From: Candidatus Adamsella avium
GTDB taxonomy: Bacteria > Cyanobacteriota > Vampirovibrionia > Gastranaerophilales > CAJFVJ01
Assembly (NCBI GenBank): GCA_904420445.1
Contig: CAJFVJ010000001.1
Coordinates: 352,744 to 416,743 of the forward strand
Length of the DNA stretch: 64,000 nucleotides
Reading direction: 5' to 3'
Below, in pieces: positions 1-9,854 of this stretch. The translations under genes and the position numbers were made by a program. The notes beneath the pieces are model-generated. The model saw nothing but the letters and a program-made list of their open reading frames with translations. It was not told where the DNA came from and ran no database searches. The first letter of the stretch is position 1; each line of letters starts with the position of its first letter.

Positions 1-133
1 TGACCCGGGCTTGTTTTTGCTGGTATCTGCTGTAAGGGTGGCTGGCATTTTTGTCTGCCTGACGTTTTGCTCTTTGAGATTCTTTTCTTTTTGAAGAAAA
101 TACTATGGATGAATTCAGTGGGGTTATGTTCAT
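1..133 (-). CDS. Hypothetical protein, 5' part only (runs off the window)
   Basis: ATG at 133 with AGGAG RBS (141-145); open frame MNITPLNSSIVFSSKRKE... to the window edge. Confidence 0.6.
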   Translation of the reverse strand, partial: MNITPLNSSIVFSSKRKESQRAKRQADKNASHPYSRYQQKQARV

Positions 134-338
134 GAGGGTTCTCCTTATAGTATTCATTTTATCAGCTCAAGTTTTGATGTCTTCAGTTTTTTAGACATAG
201 TTGATAAAAGTTAATAAAAAATGATGAGAAAAATTTTCCGTATGTTATAAAAAAATTGTAATTTGACCATATTTGGAGTAAATTTCTATTATACTAGGAA
301 AGATGTAATGGAAATATGAAATGGAGGTTTATAAAAAC

Positions 339-3300
339 ATGCCAAAGAAAACGATAACAGTCGATGGCAACTACGCTGCAGCGCATATTGCTTATGCTCT
401 GAGCGAAGTTTCAGCAATCTATCCTATTACTCCTTCATCTACCATGGGTGAATGGGTTGATGAATGGGCTTCTCAACACAAAAAGAATATTTGGGGCAAA
501 GAAGTCAGCGTTGTAGAAATGCAATCAGAAGCAGGTGCAGCAGGTGCTGTCCATGGTTCTTTAGCAGCAGGTTCTTTGACTTCAACTTATACCGCTTCAC
601 AAGGTTTGTTGTTGATGATTCCTGTTATGCACAAAGCAGCAGGTGAAATGCTTCCTCATGTAATTCACGTTTCTGCCCGTGCACTTGCCGCTCAATCATT
701 GGCTATCTTCGGTGACCATTCTGATGTTATGGGCTGCCGTAATACAGGTTATGCAATGTTAGCAGCAAACTCTGTTCAAGAAGAAATGGACCTCGCTCTG
801 GTTGCACATTTGGCAACTTACAAAGCAAAAGTTCCGTTCCTGCAGTTCTTTGATGGTTTCAGAACTTCACATGAAGTACACAAAATCGAAGAAATTTCTT
901 ATGAAGACATTGCTAAGTTAGTTGAACCGAAATATATCGAAGAATTCAGACAAAGAGCAATGAGACCTGAAGCTCCTGTTTGTAAGGTTGGTGCTCAGAA
1001 CACCGATGTTTACTTCCAGGGTCGTGAAACGGTTAATAAATATTATGACGCTGTTCCTGATATCGTTCAGGAATATATGGATAAAGTTGCAGCCGTAACA
1101 GGCAGACAATATCATCCGTTTGATTATGTCGGTGCTCCTGATGCTACTGATGTAATTGTTGCTATGGGTTCAGGCTGCGAAGCTATCGAAGAAACAATCG
1201 AATATTTGAACTCAAAACGCGGTACAAAATACGGTTTGGTAAAAGTAAGATTGTACAGACCGTTTGATGTAAAACGCTTCAACGAAGCATTGCCGAAGTC
1301 AGTTAAACGTATAGCTGTCCTTGACAGAACAAAAGAACCCGGTGCTATCGGCGAACCGCTTTATCTTGATGTTGTAGCAGCTTTGGAAAACAAAGACATC
1401 AGAGTAATCGGCGGACGTTACGGTTTGTCTTCAAAAGAATTCACTCCTTCTATGGTTCTTGCCGTATACAAACATTCAGAAAACAACGGTTTCCACGGAT
1501 TTACCGTTGGTATTGAAGATGATGTTACAAACAAATCATTGAAGATAGAAGAACATATCGTCACAGAACCTGAAGGAACTACAAACTGCATGTTCTGGGG
1601 CTTGGGTTCCGATGGTACCGTTGGTGCTAACAAAAACTCAATTAAGATTATCGGTCAATATACAAATAAGGATGCTCAGGCATACTTTGCTTATGACTCC
1701 AAAAAATCTTTCGGTGTAACAGTTTCTCACCTGAGATTTGGAGATAAACCGATTAAATCTACATACTTAATCACTGCTCCTGACTTTGTATCTTGTTCAA
1801 CACATTCTTATATCGGCAGATATGATATGTTGAAAGGTATCAAAGAAGGAGGTGTCTTCCTGCTGAACAGCCCCTGGTCTAAAGAGGAAGCTTTCTCTCA
1901 CTTAACAAGAGATATGCAGGAAACTATAATCAATAAGAAAATCAAATTCTATAACATTGATGCGGAATCTCTTATCGAAAAACAACCAGGTTTGCGCGGT
2001 AAGGGAGCAAATACGGTTATGATGGTTGCATACTTCAAAGTTTCAGGTATCATTCCGTTTGAACAAGCTCTCGAAGGTATGAGAGAGATGACAAAGAAAA
2101 CCTTTAAGAAAAAAGGCGATGATGTTGTCAACATGAACTTGGCATTGATTGACGCTGCTGTTGATGCTTGTGAAGAAGTTGTTGTTCCTGCTTCTTTAGA
2201 TGGCGTAAGTGCAGCTGACCCTGTTAAATTCCTGTCTGATGATGCAAGTGAGTTTGCTAAGAAAATCATCGAACCTTCAATGAGACAAAAAGGCGATGAC
2301 ATTCCTGTATCAGCTATGTCATGCGATGGTGTAATTCCTACCGGTACTGCTTGTTTGGAAAAACGTGCAATTGCTCCTAGAGTTCCTCACTGGAATTCCG
2401 AAGCTTGTATCCAGTGCGGTATCTGCGCTTCTGCATGTCCTCATGCTGCAATCAGAACAAAACTTGTTGAATCAAAAGACCTCAAAGATGCTCCCGCTTC
2501 ATTCAACACAATACCTGCAAAACCTGCATTGGCTGATGAAAAATTCAAAGTTCAGGTTTATTGCAAAGATTGTACAGGCTGCGGTGTTTGTATCGATCAA
2601 TGTCCTGCAAACAAAAATCCTGAAAAACAGGCTCTTACTTGGTCAACTATCGAAAAAGAAGAAGCAGCAGGCGAATGTGTCAACGAAAAATTCTTTGACG
2701 AGCTGCCTGATAATGTAATGGGTAAAAACACAACCAAGACAATTAAAGGCGCTATGTTGAGAAAACCGTTGTTCGAATTCTCAGGTGCTTGTGCAGGATG
2801 CGGAGAAACACCTTATGTTAAGTTAGTTTCTCAATTGTTTGGTGAGAATGCTATCGTTGCTAACGCAACAGGTTGTTCTTCAATCTACTCAGGTACATTC
2901 CCGACAATACCTTATACAAAAAATAAAGACGGCAGAGGTCCTGCTTGGGCTAACTCGCTGTTTGAAGATAATGCTGAATTCGGTTTCGGTATGAGAATGG
3001 CTGTTGACCAGAACAGATCAACATTGAAGACTTATGTTGAAAAAGTTCTTGAAAACGAAAAAACACCTGCAGACTTGAAGGAAGCTCTTGAAGGTGCTAT
3101 GTCACACTGGGATAATTCAAAAACTGATGAAGCTATTGCTGCTCAGACAAAAGCCAAAGAAGTTCTTGCAAAATATGCTGATTGCGGATGTCCTGATCTT
3201 GCAAAAGTAAGAGAACTTCAAGACTACTTCACTGATAAATCAGTATGGATTATCGGTGGTGACGGCTGGGCAAACGATATCGGATACGGCGGTATTGACC

Positions 3301-3872
3301 ATGTTCTCGCACAAAATAAAAACGTGAATATTCTTGTTCTTGATACCGAAGTTTATTCCAACACCGGCGGTCAGGCTTCGAAATCAACACCTACAGGTGC
3401 TGTTGCGAAGTTTGCTACAGGCGGTAAAAGAACTTACAAGAAAAACATGGGCTTGATGAGCATGTCTTACGGTTATGTTTATGTTGCATCAGTTGCGCTT
3501 GGTGCTGATAGAGCTCAAACTCTGAAGGCATTCCAGGAAGCTGAAGCTTACGACGGACCGTCTATCATCTTTGCTTATGCTCCTTGTATTGCTCATGGTA
3601 TCGATATGAGCAAAACTCAAACAGAACAAAAACGTGCCGTTGAAGCAGGATATTATCCGCTTTACAGATATAACCCTGCTAATGAACAACCGTTCACATG
3701 GGATGCTAAAGATCCTAAAGGCAGCTACCAGGACTTCATCAGAAGCGAAGGCCGTTACAAACAGCTGCTTAAGACAAATCCAGATGCTGCAGAAGCTCTT
3801 TATACTCAAGCAGAAGAAGATGCAGCTAAGAGAATGGCTGTTTACAAAGCAGTCGGCGAGTTGATGAAATAA
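339..3872 (+). CDS. nifJ: Pyruvate:ferredoxin/flavodoxin oxidoreductase
   Basis: YPITPSS, MQSEAGAAG, two CxxCxxCxxxCP motifs, GACAGCGETPY, GGDGWA; GGAGG RBS at 323-327 favours ATG 339. Confidence 0.97.
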   Translation: MPKKTITVDGNYAAAHIAYALSEVSAIYPITPSSTMGEWVDEWASQHKKNIWGKEVSVVEMQSEAGAAGAVHGSLAAGSLTSTYTASQGLLLMIPVMHKAAGEMLPHVIHVSARALAAQSLAIFGDHSDVMGCRNTGYAMLAANSVQEEMDLALVAHLATYKAKVPFLQFFDGFRTSHEVHKIEEISYEDIAKLVEPKYIEEFRQRAMRPEAPVCKVGAQNTDVYFQGRETVNKYYDAVPDIVQEYMDKVAAVTGRQYHPFDYVGAPDATDVIVAMGSGCEAIEETIEYLNSKRGTKYGLVKVRLYRPFDVKRFNEALPKSVKRIAVLDRTKEPGAIGEPLYLDVVAALENKDIRVIGGRYGLSSKEFTPSMVLAVYKHSENNGFHGFTVGIEDDVTNKSLKIEEHIVTEPEGTTNCMFWGLGSDGTVGANKNSIKIIGQYTNKDAQAYFAYDSKKSFGVTVSHLRFGDKPIKSTYLITAPDFVSCSTHSYIGRYDMLKGIKEGGVFLLNSPWSKEEAFSHLTRDMQETIINKKIKFYNIDAESLIEKQPGLRGKGANTVMMVAYFKVSGIIPFEQALEGMREMTKKTFKKKGDDVVNMNLALIDAAVDACEEVVVPASLDGVSAADPVKFLSDDASEFAKKIIEPSMRQKGDDIPVSAMSCDGVIPTGTACLEKRAIAPRVPHWNSEACIQCGICASACPHAAIRTKLVESKDLKDAPASFNTIPAKPALADEKFKVQVYCKDCTGCGVCIDQCPANKNPEKQALTWSTIEKEEAAGECVNEKFFDELPDNVMGKNTTKTIKGAMLRKPLFEFSGACAGCGETPYVKLVSQLFGENAIVANATGCSSIYSGTFPTIPYTKNKDGRGPAWANSLFEDNAEFGFGMRMAVDQNRSTLKTYVEKVLENEKTPADLKEALEGAMSHWDNSKTDEAIAAQTKAKEVLAKYADCGCPDLAKVRELQDYFTDKSVWIIGGDGWANDIGYGGIDHVLAQNKNVNILVLDTEVYSNTGGQASKSTPTGAVAKFATGGKRTYKKNMGLMSMSYGYVYVASVALGADRAQTLKAFQEAEAYDGPSIIFAYAPCIAHGIDMSKTQTEQKRAVEAGYYPLYRYNPANEQPFTWDAKDPKGSYQDFIRSEGRYKQLLKTNPDAAEALYTQAEEDAAKRMAVYKAVGELMK

Positions 3873-3896
3873 GCCGTTTGTTCTTATAAAATATGG

Positions 3897-3927
3897 AGGG
3901 ATGTAAATTTTTACATCCCTCTTTTTT
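3897..3927 (+). terminator. Intrinsic terminator after PFOR
   Basis: GAGGGATGTAA/TTACATCCCTC stem followed by a T-run. Confidence 0.8.
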
Positions 3928-3949
3928 AAAGTATTTTAAGCATAATGAC

Positions 3950-3982
3950 AAAAAACCGTCCGAATATTTCGGACGGTTTTTT
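3950..3982. terminator. Bidirectional terminator
   Basis: AAAAAACCGTCCGAA-TAT-TTCGGACGGTTTTTT between convergent genes. Confidence 0.8.
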
Positions 3983-3999
3983 GTTCTATTTTTTTTCAA

Positions 4000-4206
4000 T
4001 TATTTGCCGATAGCTGCATTCAAGTCATCAATAAATTTGTTTATATCAACGCCGTGAACTTTTGCGCCTGCTTCTATATTTTCGAAACGGGCAGCAGCAC
4101 AGCCGATGCATCCAAGACCGTATTTTTGGAATACGCCGAGTGTTTCGGGATATTGCTGAACTGTTTCGATGATGCCCATATCTTTTGTTATAGGTTTGTC
4201 TGACAT
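4000..4206 (-). CDS. DUF1858 (hybrid-cluster-associated redox disulfide) domain protein
   Basis: ITKDMGI..YPET..F..YGLGCIGC...E.IE.GA.VHG pattern. Confidence 0.85.
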   Translation of the reverse strand: MSDKPITKDMGIIETVQQYPETLGVFQKYGLGCIGCAAARFENIEAGAKVHGVDINKFIDDLNAAIGK

Positions 4207-4275
4207 TTTTAATTCCCTCTTTTGTATAACATTATTCAATTATAATGTGTTTGCAATCAAATTGAAAGAGAAAAT

Positions 4276-4836
4276 TTATATTTTGAGATATTTTTTAGCA
4301 CCATCAAACATTGAGTCTATGAGGTCTGCATTAACAAAGAGGTCTATTCCGCTTGCCATAAGATACTGGCGCATTCTTGCTTCCCAGTAAGGATATATTT
4401 CCTGCGGTTTGACTTTGAGCACGTCGCAGATTGACTTCAGATATTCAAAGTCAAGAGGCATAGGAAGCGCACCTCTCCATATGTCAACTATTTCAGAGCG
4501 TTTTTGGCGGGGAAAATTTTTGAGAAATTGAACATTTGTCATATTGAGCTTTTTTTGTTTGTTTTGCAGGAATTTTACCCCGCTGTCGATAATCCTCGGT
4601 TCTCCGGAGGACTTATATTCGACAAATTCTTCCGGCGGTACGCCCATAACTGTGGCAATTCTCTCGAGGGTGGTTGCACGTGTAGAAAATGGGATTGTGT
4701 TGTCAATCAAACTGTAGACATAAGAAAGAGTGACTCCTATCATCTGGGCGAAGTCTTTTTTATGTACATCATTTTTTGAGAGAAAATCCGTCAGTTTTTG
4801 GCTGCTTTCATTTTTTTGTGTTTGTTTTGTTTTCAT
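4276..4836 (-). CDS. XRE-family HTH transcriptional regulator
   Basis: KKDFAQMIGVTLSYVYSL...TLERIATVMGV; GGAGG RBS before ATG 4836. Confidence 0.7.
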   Translation of the reverse strand: MKTKQTQKNESSQKLTDFLSKNDVHKKDFAQMIGVTLSYVYSLIDNTIPFSTRATTLERIATVMGVPPEEFVEYKSSGEPRIIDSGVKFLQNKQKKLNMTNVQFLKNFPRQKRSEIVDIWRGALPMPLDFEYLKSICDVLKVKPQEIYPYWEARMRQYLMASGIDLFVNADLIDSMFDGAKKYLKI

Positions 4837-4994
4837 TTTTCCTCCCAATTTATTTCTTTTTTTATGTATTTGAAATATCATAAAAATATATGGTGATTAT
4901 ATATAAATAGAACACTGACTTTTATTTGTAATTATCATATTGAATATATATGCAGATTAATTTTCTTTTCCCCAACCTGTGAGGAGCAAAAAAT

Positions 4995-5573
4995 ATGAAA
5001 CTTATTGCAGGACTCGGAAATCCCGGAGATAAATACGAATTTACAAGACATAATGCAGGGTTCATTGTTGTTTCGAAGCTTGCTGAAAAGTTTGGAATAA
5101 CAGGCAGGTTTGACAAAAAATTCAATGCAATTACCGGCAGAGGGAAGATTTGTGATGAGGAGGTTCTTATAGTCCAGCCGATGACTTTTATGAACTTATC
5201 GGGTGATGCGATTATTCCTCTTTTGAATTATTACAAAATGACCCATCATGACCTTCTTGTTGTTTTTGATGATATCAGTCTTGATTTGGGAGTTTTGAGG
5301 TTTCGTGCTAAAGGTTCTGACGGCGGTCATAACGGGATAAAATCAATTATCCGCAACCTCGGAGGAAAGAACGATTTTGCAAGGTTAAAAGTCGGCATAG
5401 GTCCTCAGCCGCCTTTTATGCCATCAGAGAGTTATGTTTTGCAGAAGTTTGATAAGAGCGAAGAAAGCTTGTTATCAGAGGTTGCAAGCTGTGCGCTTGA
5501 GGCGATAGAACTCTATATTTCCAGGGGGATAGAGTTTGCAGGGAGCAGATTCAACGGGCATATCAAGTCTTGA
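4995..5573 (+). CDS. pth: Peptidyl-tRNA hydrolase
   Basis: GLGNPG.KY..TRHNAGF, TFMNLSG, GGHNG. Confidence 0.97.
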   Translation: MKLIAGLGNPGDKYEFTRHNAGFIVVSKLAEKFGITGRFDKKFNAITGRGKICDEEVLIVQPMTFMNLSGDAIIPLLNYYKMTHHDLLVVFDDISLDLGVLRFRAKGSDGGHNGIKSIIRNLGGKNDFARLKVGIGPQPPFMPSESYVLQKFDKSEESLLSEVASCALEAIELYISRGIEFAGSRFNGHIKS

Positions 5574-5588
5574 TAGGGCAATAAGAAG

Positions 5589-6242
5589 ATGTCCAAATCA
5601 GTGAAGTTTTTTATTATATTTTTTACCGGCATTACTGTTTGTCTTATAGGCGGATTGTTTTTTGTTGATAAAACATTTTATCAGCAAGAAATAACAATCC
5701 CCTACATTGAAGAGCCTGTTCAGGTCAATATTTCTGCAAATGAGAAGCTATCATTGTTTTTTGTTAAGAAATATCACGACTATGACATAATAATTACTCC
5801 TCAGGCTCGTTATAAAGTTCATGCGGCTGTTTTGAGCAAACATCGTTATTTCTGGGGAATAGACGGTTATTTGGCTCCGTATGACCTTGCTCTTGGGTGG
5901 GGGAAATATGCAAAGAAAGAAAATTATTCAAAGGTGATATTTCTTCAGTTCGGGCGCTGGTATTATTATTTTTATCCTTCGGCAGAGTTCTCTGATGCAG
6001 GGTTATACTCGGCGAATACTCATGTTGTTCCCAGCAATGAGAAGGTTCTTGAAGGAATAAAAAAACTGAAAAAACACAATGAAGTTTATATGGAGGGTTA
6101 TCTTGTCTATATAGAAGCAGCAACCCCGAAGGGGAAAACGTTTACGTGGAATTCGAGCTTATCACGTGAAGACAGCGGTGATGGTGCCTGCGAGATTTTT
6201 TATGTTACGAAACTTGTGTCAAAACACGGAATATTTGAATAA
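5589..6242 (+). CDS. Membrane-anchored hypothetical protein
   Basis: N-terminal TM; PYDLALGWG, SANTH, SSLSREDSGDGACE segments look like a conserved uncharacterised family. Confidence 0.7.
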   Translation: MSKSVKFFIIFFTGITVCLIGGLFFVDKTFYQQEITIPYIEEPVQVNISANEKLSLFFVKKYHDYDIIITPQARYKVHAAVLSKHRYFWGIDGYLAPYDLALGWGKYAKKENYSKVIFLQFGRWYYYFYPSAEFSDAGLYSANTHVVPSNEKVLEGIKKLKKHNEVYMEGYLVYIEAATPKGKTFTWNSSLSREDSGDGACEIFYVTKLVSKHGIFE

Positions 6243-6251
6243 CTAAAAAGA

Positions 6252-6401
6252 GGGATTTATATAGCAAATTCCACCAAAAATTTCCAGAGTAACGTCATAC
6301 TGAGCGTTAGCGAAGTATCTAAATAAAAAGGATTCTTCGGGCTAAAACTCTCAGAATGACGGACTTTTAATAGTATCTGTGGAATTTGCTATATAGGTTC
6401 C
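6252..6401 (+). mobile_element. MITE copy 1 (150 bp)
   Basis: TIRs GGGATTTATATAGCAAATTCC / GGAATTTGCTATATAGGTTCC; perfect 8-bp flanking duplication TAAAAAGA. Confidence 0.85.
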
Positions 6402-7282
6402 TAAAAAGATGTGTTGAGTTTGCCAAGGCGTACATCTTTGTAGAAATAATTCAATATTTGATAAGCGTTGTATCCTTCTTTTGACATATTGTTGGCACCA
6501 TATTGGGATAAGCCTATGCCATGACCTTTTCTCGGGATGTTTGAGTCAAAAGACGGAACAGAGGCGAGAAAAGGCATATCTTTTGTCCAGCTTTTGCCTG
6601 AGTTGTTGGTATGTCCTCCTGCGCTTGCGTGGTAGTAGGCAGGGATGACTTTATTCTGATACATGAGCACCTGTCCGAGGGTTGACCTTACCGCAAGATT
6701 TGTTGACTTCGTTTCCGCTGATGCTCCACCGTAGGCCTGGTCTTCCGGTGTGTCTTTGAGGTCGTAGCCTCTTGAACCTCTTTTTCCCATATTTGCGACT
6801 GCGTAGCTTCTTGCTGCGATTGCCTGTGCTTTGAGAGCTTCGATATTCCATTTTGAAGGCATCTCTGAGGGGACAACACCGAGGAGGTAATATTCAAGCG
6901 GGACATCATTTATGACGGTAATTCCCCGCCCTCTGATTTGAGCAATCATATTGCCTCTGTACCACTTGCCTTTTGTGAAGATGAAGGCATTTTTATCGGT
7001 TGTGAATATCAGATTATTTGTTTTTGTTGTATAAAATTTTTTGTCATTGGGGAGTTTGATTGCTATGCTGTTGAAGTGTTTTTTAATGACATATTTTTTC
7101 ATTGGTTTGAGCTCAATGATTGTTTTTCTTTTGTTTGCGTCAATGAGCCGTCCTCGCTGTGAAACAGCAATCACTATATCATTCTTGCCTTCCATAAGAC
7201 CTATTCTTATTGCATAAGCCTGATTTATGGTACAAAGCAGAATACAAAAAAATATTAGTATATTTCTGATTGCTTTTTTCAT
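6401..7282 (-). CDS. SpoIID/LytB domain protein
   Basis: Signal peptide; LEYYLLGVVPSEMP..W..EALKAQAIAARSYA, GHGIGLSQYGA. Confidence 0.92.
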   Translation of the reverse strand: MKKAIRNILIFFCILLCTINQAYAIRIGLMEGKNDIVIAVSQRGRLIDANKRKTIIELKPMKKYVIKKHFNSIAIKLPNDKKFYTTKTNNLIFTTDKNAFIFTKGKWYRGNMIAQIRGRGITVINDVPLEYYLLGVVPSEMPSKWNIEALKAQAIAARSYAVANMGKRGSRGYDLKDTPEDQAYGGASAETKSTNLAVRSTLGQVLMYQNKVIPAYYHASAGGHTNNSGKSWTKDMPFLASVPSFDSNIPRKGHGIGLSQYGANNMSKEGYNAYQILNYFYKDVRLGKLNTSF

Positions 7283-7299
7283 GATTCCCGGTAATACTC

Positions 7300-7629
7300 T
7301 TAGTTAGTTTGATTTGGTATCTCTGTCGGATTTTGTTCTATTTTGTAGAGATAGTTGATTAGTTCTACTGCTATTTCTTTTTGTTCATTTTCTGAGGCAT
7401 TTTGCAGATATTGAAATGCCTTTGAAACAGTCTGGTGGTAGTCATACCACCTTCTTGTAAATGTTTGGAATATCCTTGAAAGTTTTGAGGATATTTTTAT
7501 GTTTCTTTTTTCCGCATTTTTGATAATAAAATCGGCAGCATTTATTTGTACTTCTTTTTGCGAATTTCTTAACAAACTTATAGCTAAGCTCAATGTCGGG
7601 TCAATATCATACCATCTTGCCGAATACAT
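7300..7629 (-). CDS. Hypothetical protein
   Basis: Internal duplicated RWYD motif; GAGGA RBS before ATG 7629. Confidence 0.65.
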   Translation of the reverse strand: MYSARWYDIDPTLSLAISLLRNSQKEVQINAADFIIKNAEKRNIKISSKLSRIFQTFTRRWYDYHQTVSKAFQYLQNASENEQKEIAVELINYLYKIEQNPTEIPNQTN

Positions 7630-7774
7630 ATAACATATCCTCTTTCTTTCCCTTCTTATAAAATAACTCATTTTGCTTGATGAATCAATACAATAAATGT
7701 TTTATGAATAGTCACTTTGACGGATGAAAAAAAACTCTTTTAAGTTGAACATGGAATATGTGAAGGAGAGTGGT

Positions 7775-8035
7775 ATGACTAAGGTAAAAATTTATACAAC
7801 GAACTATTGTCCTTATTCAAGAAAGGCAAAAGCGCTTCTTGATAAACTCGGAGTAAATTATCAAGAAATAGATATCACTGATAATGAGCCTGAAATGCGT
7901 ATTAAGTTGGGAGAGCTTACGGGAGGGGTTCAAAGTGTTCCTCAGATTTTCATAGACGGGAAGCTTCTCGGAGGATGCGACAGTTTATATGAGGCTTATG
8001 ACTCAGGCGAATTAGAGAAATTACTCAAGTTATAA
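7775..8035 (+). CDS. grxC: Glutaredoxin (CPYS active site)
   Basis: YCPYS, SVPQIFI, GGCD; AAGGAG RBS. Confidence 0.85.
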   Translation: MTKVKIYTTNYCPYSRKAKALLDKLGVNYQEIDITDNEPEMRIKLGELTGGVQSVPQIFIDGKLLGGCDSLYEAYDSGELEKLLKL

Positions 8036-8279
8036 TTCTTACAAAAGGAAAAGCCGGCGTACAAGCCGGCTAATACTTTTTTAGCTAAGAAGGAGTCAAT
8101 AGGAGAAAAATAAACGAAAATACAATTACATGAAATAATATTCCTTGAAAAGATATATTTTAAACAAATAAGTATATAAATATTACATACTTTTAACATA
8201 TTATAATATATATGCTTATCATTGTAGTTTTGGAATTTTTGTTATATGTTAGTGTACATATAAATAAGGAAACAAAACG

Positions 8280-8792
8280 ATGATGATAGAAATGTATGTA
8301 ATGGGTGTGGCGCTTGATACAAGAACGGGTTCTCCGATTGTTGTGCTGAAAGACTTTGATGATAGAAGGGCTCTTCCGATATGGATAGGGTCAGCTGAAG
8401 CAAGTGCAATAATCAGAAAAATAGAAAATATCAAAGTAATACGCCCCATGACACATGATCTTATTTGCACGCTTATTGAGCAAATGGGATATTATGTTGA
8501 AAAGATTGAAATTCATGATGTAAGCGAAGAAACTTATTTTGCAAATATTGTTTTGAAAAATGACGATGGAGATGAGAAGGTCATAGACTCCCGTCCCTCT
8601 GATGCGATTGCGATAGCATTGAGAACAGAAGCACCGATTTTTGTTTCACCTTCCGTTGTCGCAAGCGGCACTGTTTCTGCTAATGAAGAAAAAGACGAGC
8701 AGGAAACGGAAGAATTCAAGAAATTTATTCAGGATTTGAAACCGTCTGATTTCCAAAAGCTGCTTGATGACCATGGAGAGTCAAAACAATAA
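8280..8792 (+). CDS. Bifunctional nuclease family (DUF151) protein
   Basis: LPIWIG..EA, RPMTHDL, DSRPSDAIAIA. Confidence 0.92.
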   Translation: MMIEMYVMGVALDTRTGSPIVVLKDFDDRRALPIWIGSAEASAIIRKIENIKVIRPMTHDLICTLIEQMGYYVEKIEIHDVSEETYFANIVLKNDDGDEKVIDSRPSDAIAIALRTEAPIFVSPSVVASGTVSANEEKDEQETEEFKKFIQDLKPSDFQKLLDDHGESKQ

Positions 8793-8873
8793 ATTTTGTT
8801 AAGGACATAGCAACTTTTTATTTTCATGGGAGTTATAATAAAAAGTTGTGCTTTAAACATTCAGAGGTTTTTT

Positions 8874-9155
8874 ATGAATATTCAGCCTGTAGGGTATAAT
8901 TCTTATTCAAGGTCTTTCGGTTCATTTGCAGAGAAAAACGGCAATTTGAAAAAAGATGAAGAGAATAAATCTGCTGAGCCAAAGAAAGTCTTGAAAACTG
9001 CAGCTAAAGGAACTATTCTGGGAGCTGCCGTGGCGGCTGTCGGTTTAGGGCTGAATTTTCTTTATAAAATAAAAACAGGAAAGCTGATATTGGTCAGGAC
9101 AGTTAACAATGCTGGAAGAGTTGTCGGTTTGTCTTTTGCAAAACTTGTGAAATAG
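8874..9155 (+). CDS. Hypothetical membrane protein
   Basis: MNIQPV...SF N-terminus and one hydrophobic helix. Confidence 0.55.
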   Translation: MNIQPVGYNSYSRSFGSFAEKNGNLKKDEENKSAEPKKVLKTAAKGTILGAAVAAVGLGLNFLYKIKTGKLILVRTVNNAGRVVGLSFAKLVK

Positions 9156-9341
9156 TGAGTTTTTATTAAAAAAAATTAATAAAAGGCATGGTTCTTATTT
9201 TATTTTTGTAATTTTTTGGTTTTAATAAAATTATTAACAACTATTAACAAATCCCCTTGATTTTAGCAATTTATTTTTTCAGCTGTCTTTTAGAATACAG
9301 TTAATTTAAAGTTATGTTCAAATAACAGGAGTTGTTGTACT

Positions 9342-9761
9342 ATGAATTATTTGTCTAAAGAAGAAATAAGACAATGGCGAAGCTCTCTTGAGAAAATTAC
9401 TCTTGAAGAATTTGCAAGAAGACTCGGGAAACAGGTGGAAGAAAAGAAACAAACTCATGACATAGTTGATATGATAGTGAACAACGAAGCTATCTCAGCT
9501 ACCCCAGAACTGCCTGCCAAAAAACCTCAGAAGGCTATTACGTTTAAGTTTACTTTCAAGAAAAAATTGACGGAACGAGAACAAAAGATTTTGGATTATC
9601 TGACAAAACATGTCAACGAGCCTGTGAAGGCTACTGATTTGGCATCTTTAATCGGCTTGCCGAGAGATTATGTCTACAAATATATCAGAAATTTGAGAGC
9701 AAAAATTGCTGAAGAAGTTCTCTTTAACTCGAATGAAGGCGGATTTTTGCTTAAGTCATAA
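9342..9761 (+). CDS. Winged-HTH domain protein
   Basis: LTEREQKILDYL...ATDLASLIG..RDYVYKYIRNLRAKI; AGGAG RBS. Confidence 0.7.
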   Translation: MNYLSKEEIRQWRSSLEKITLEEFARRLGKQVEEKKQTHDIVDMIVNNEAISATPELPAKKPQKAITFKFTFKKKLTEREQKILDYLTKHVNEPVKATDLASLIGLPRDYVYKYIRNLRAKIAEEVLFNSNEGGFLLKS

Positions 9762-9796
9762 TTAATTCCTTTCTTATTTGATGACTTTAAATTAAC

Positions 9797-9828
9797 AAAA
9801 GCCTGCGAATTTCTCCGCAGGCTTTTTT
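9797..9828. terminator. Bidirectional terminator
   Basis: AAAAGCCTGCG...CGCAGGCTTTTTT between convergent genes. Confidence 0.75.
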
Positions 9829-9854
9829 ATTGCTATTTGTTCCGTGTTGTCTGA

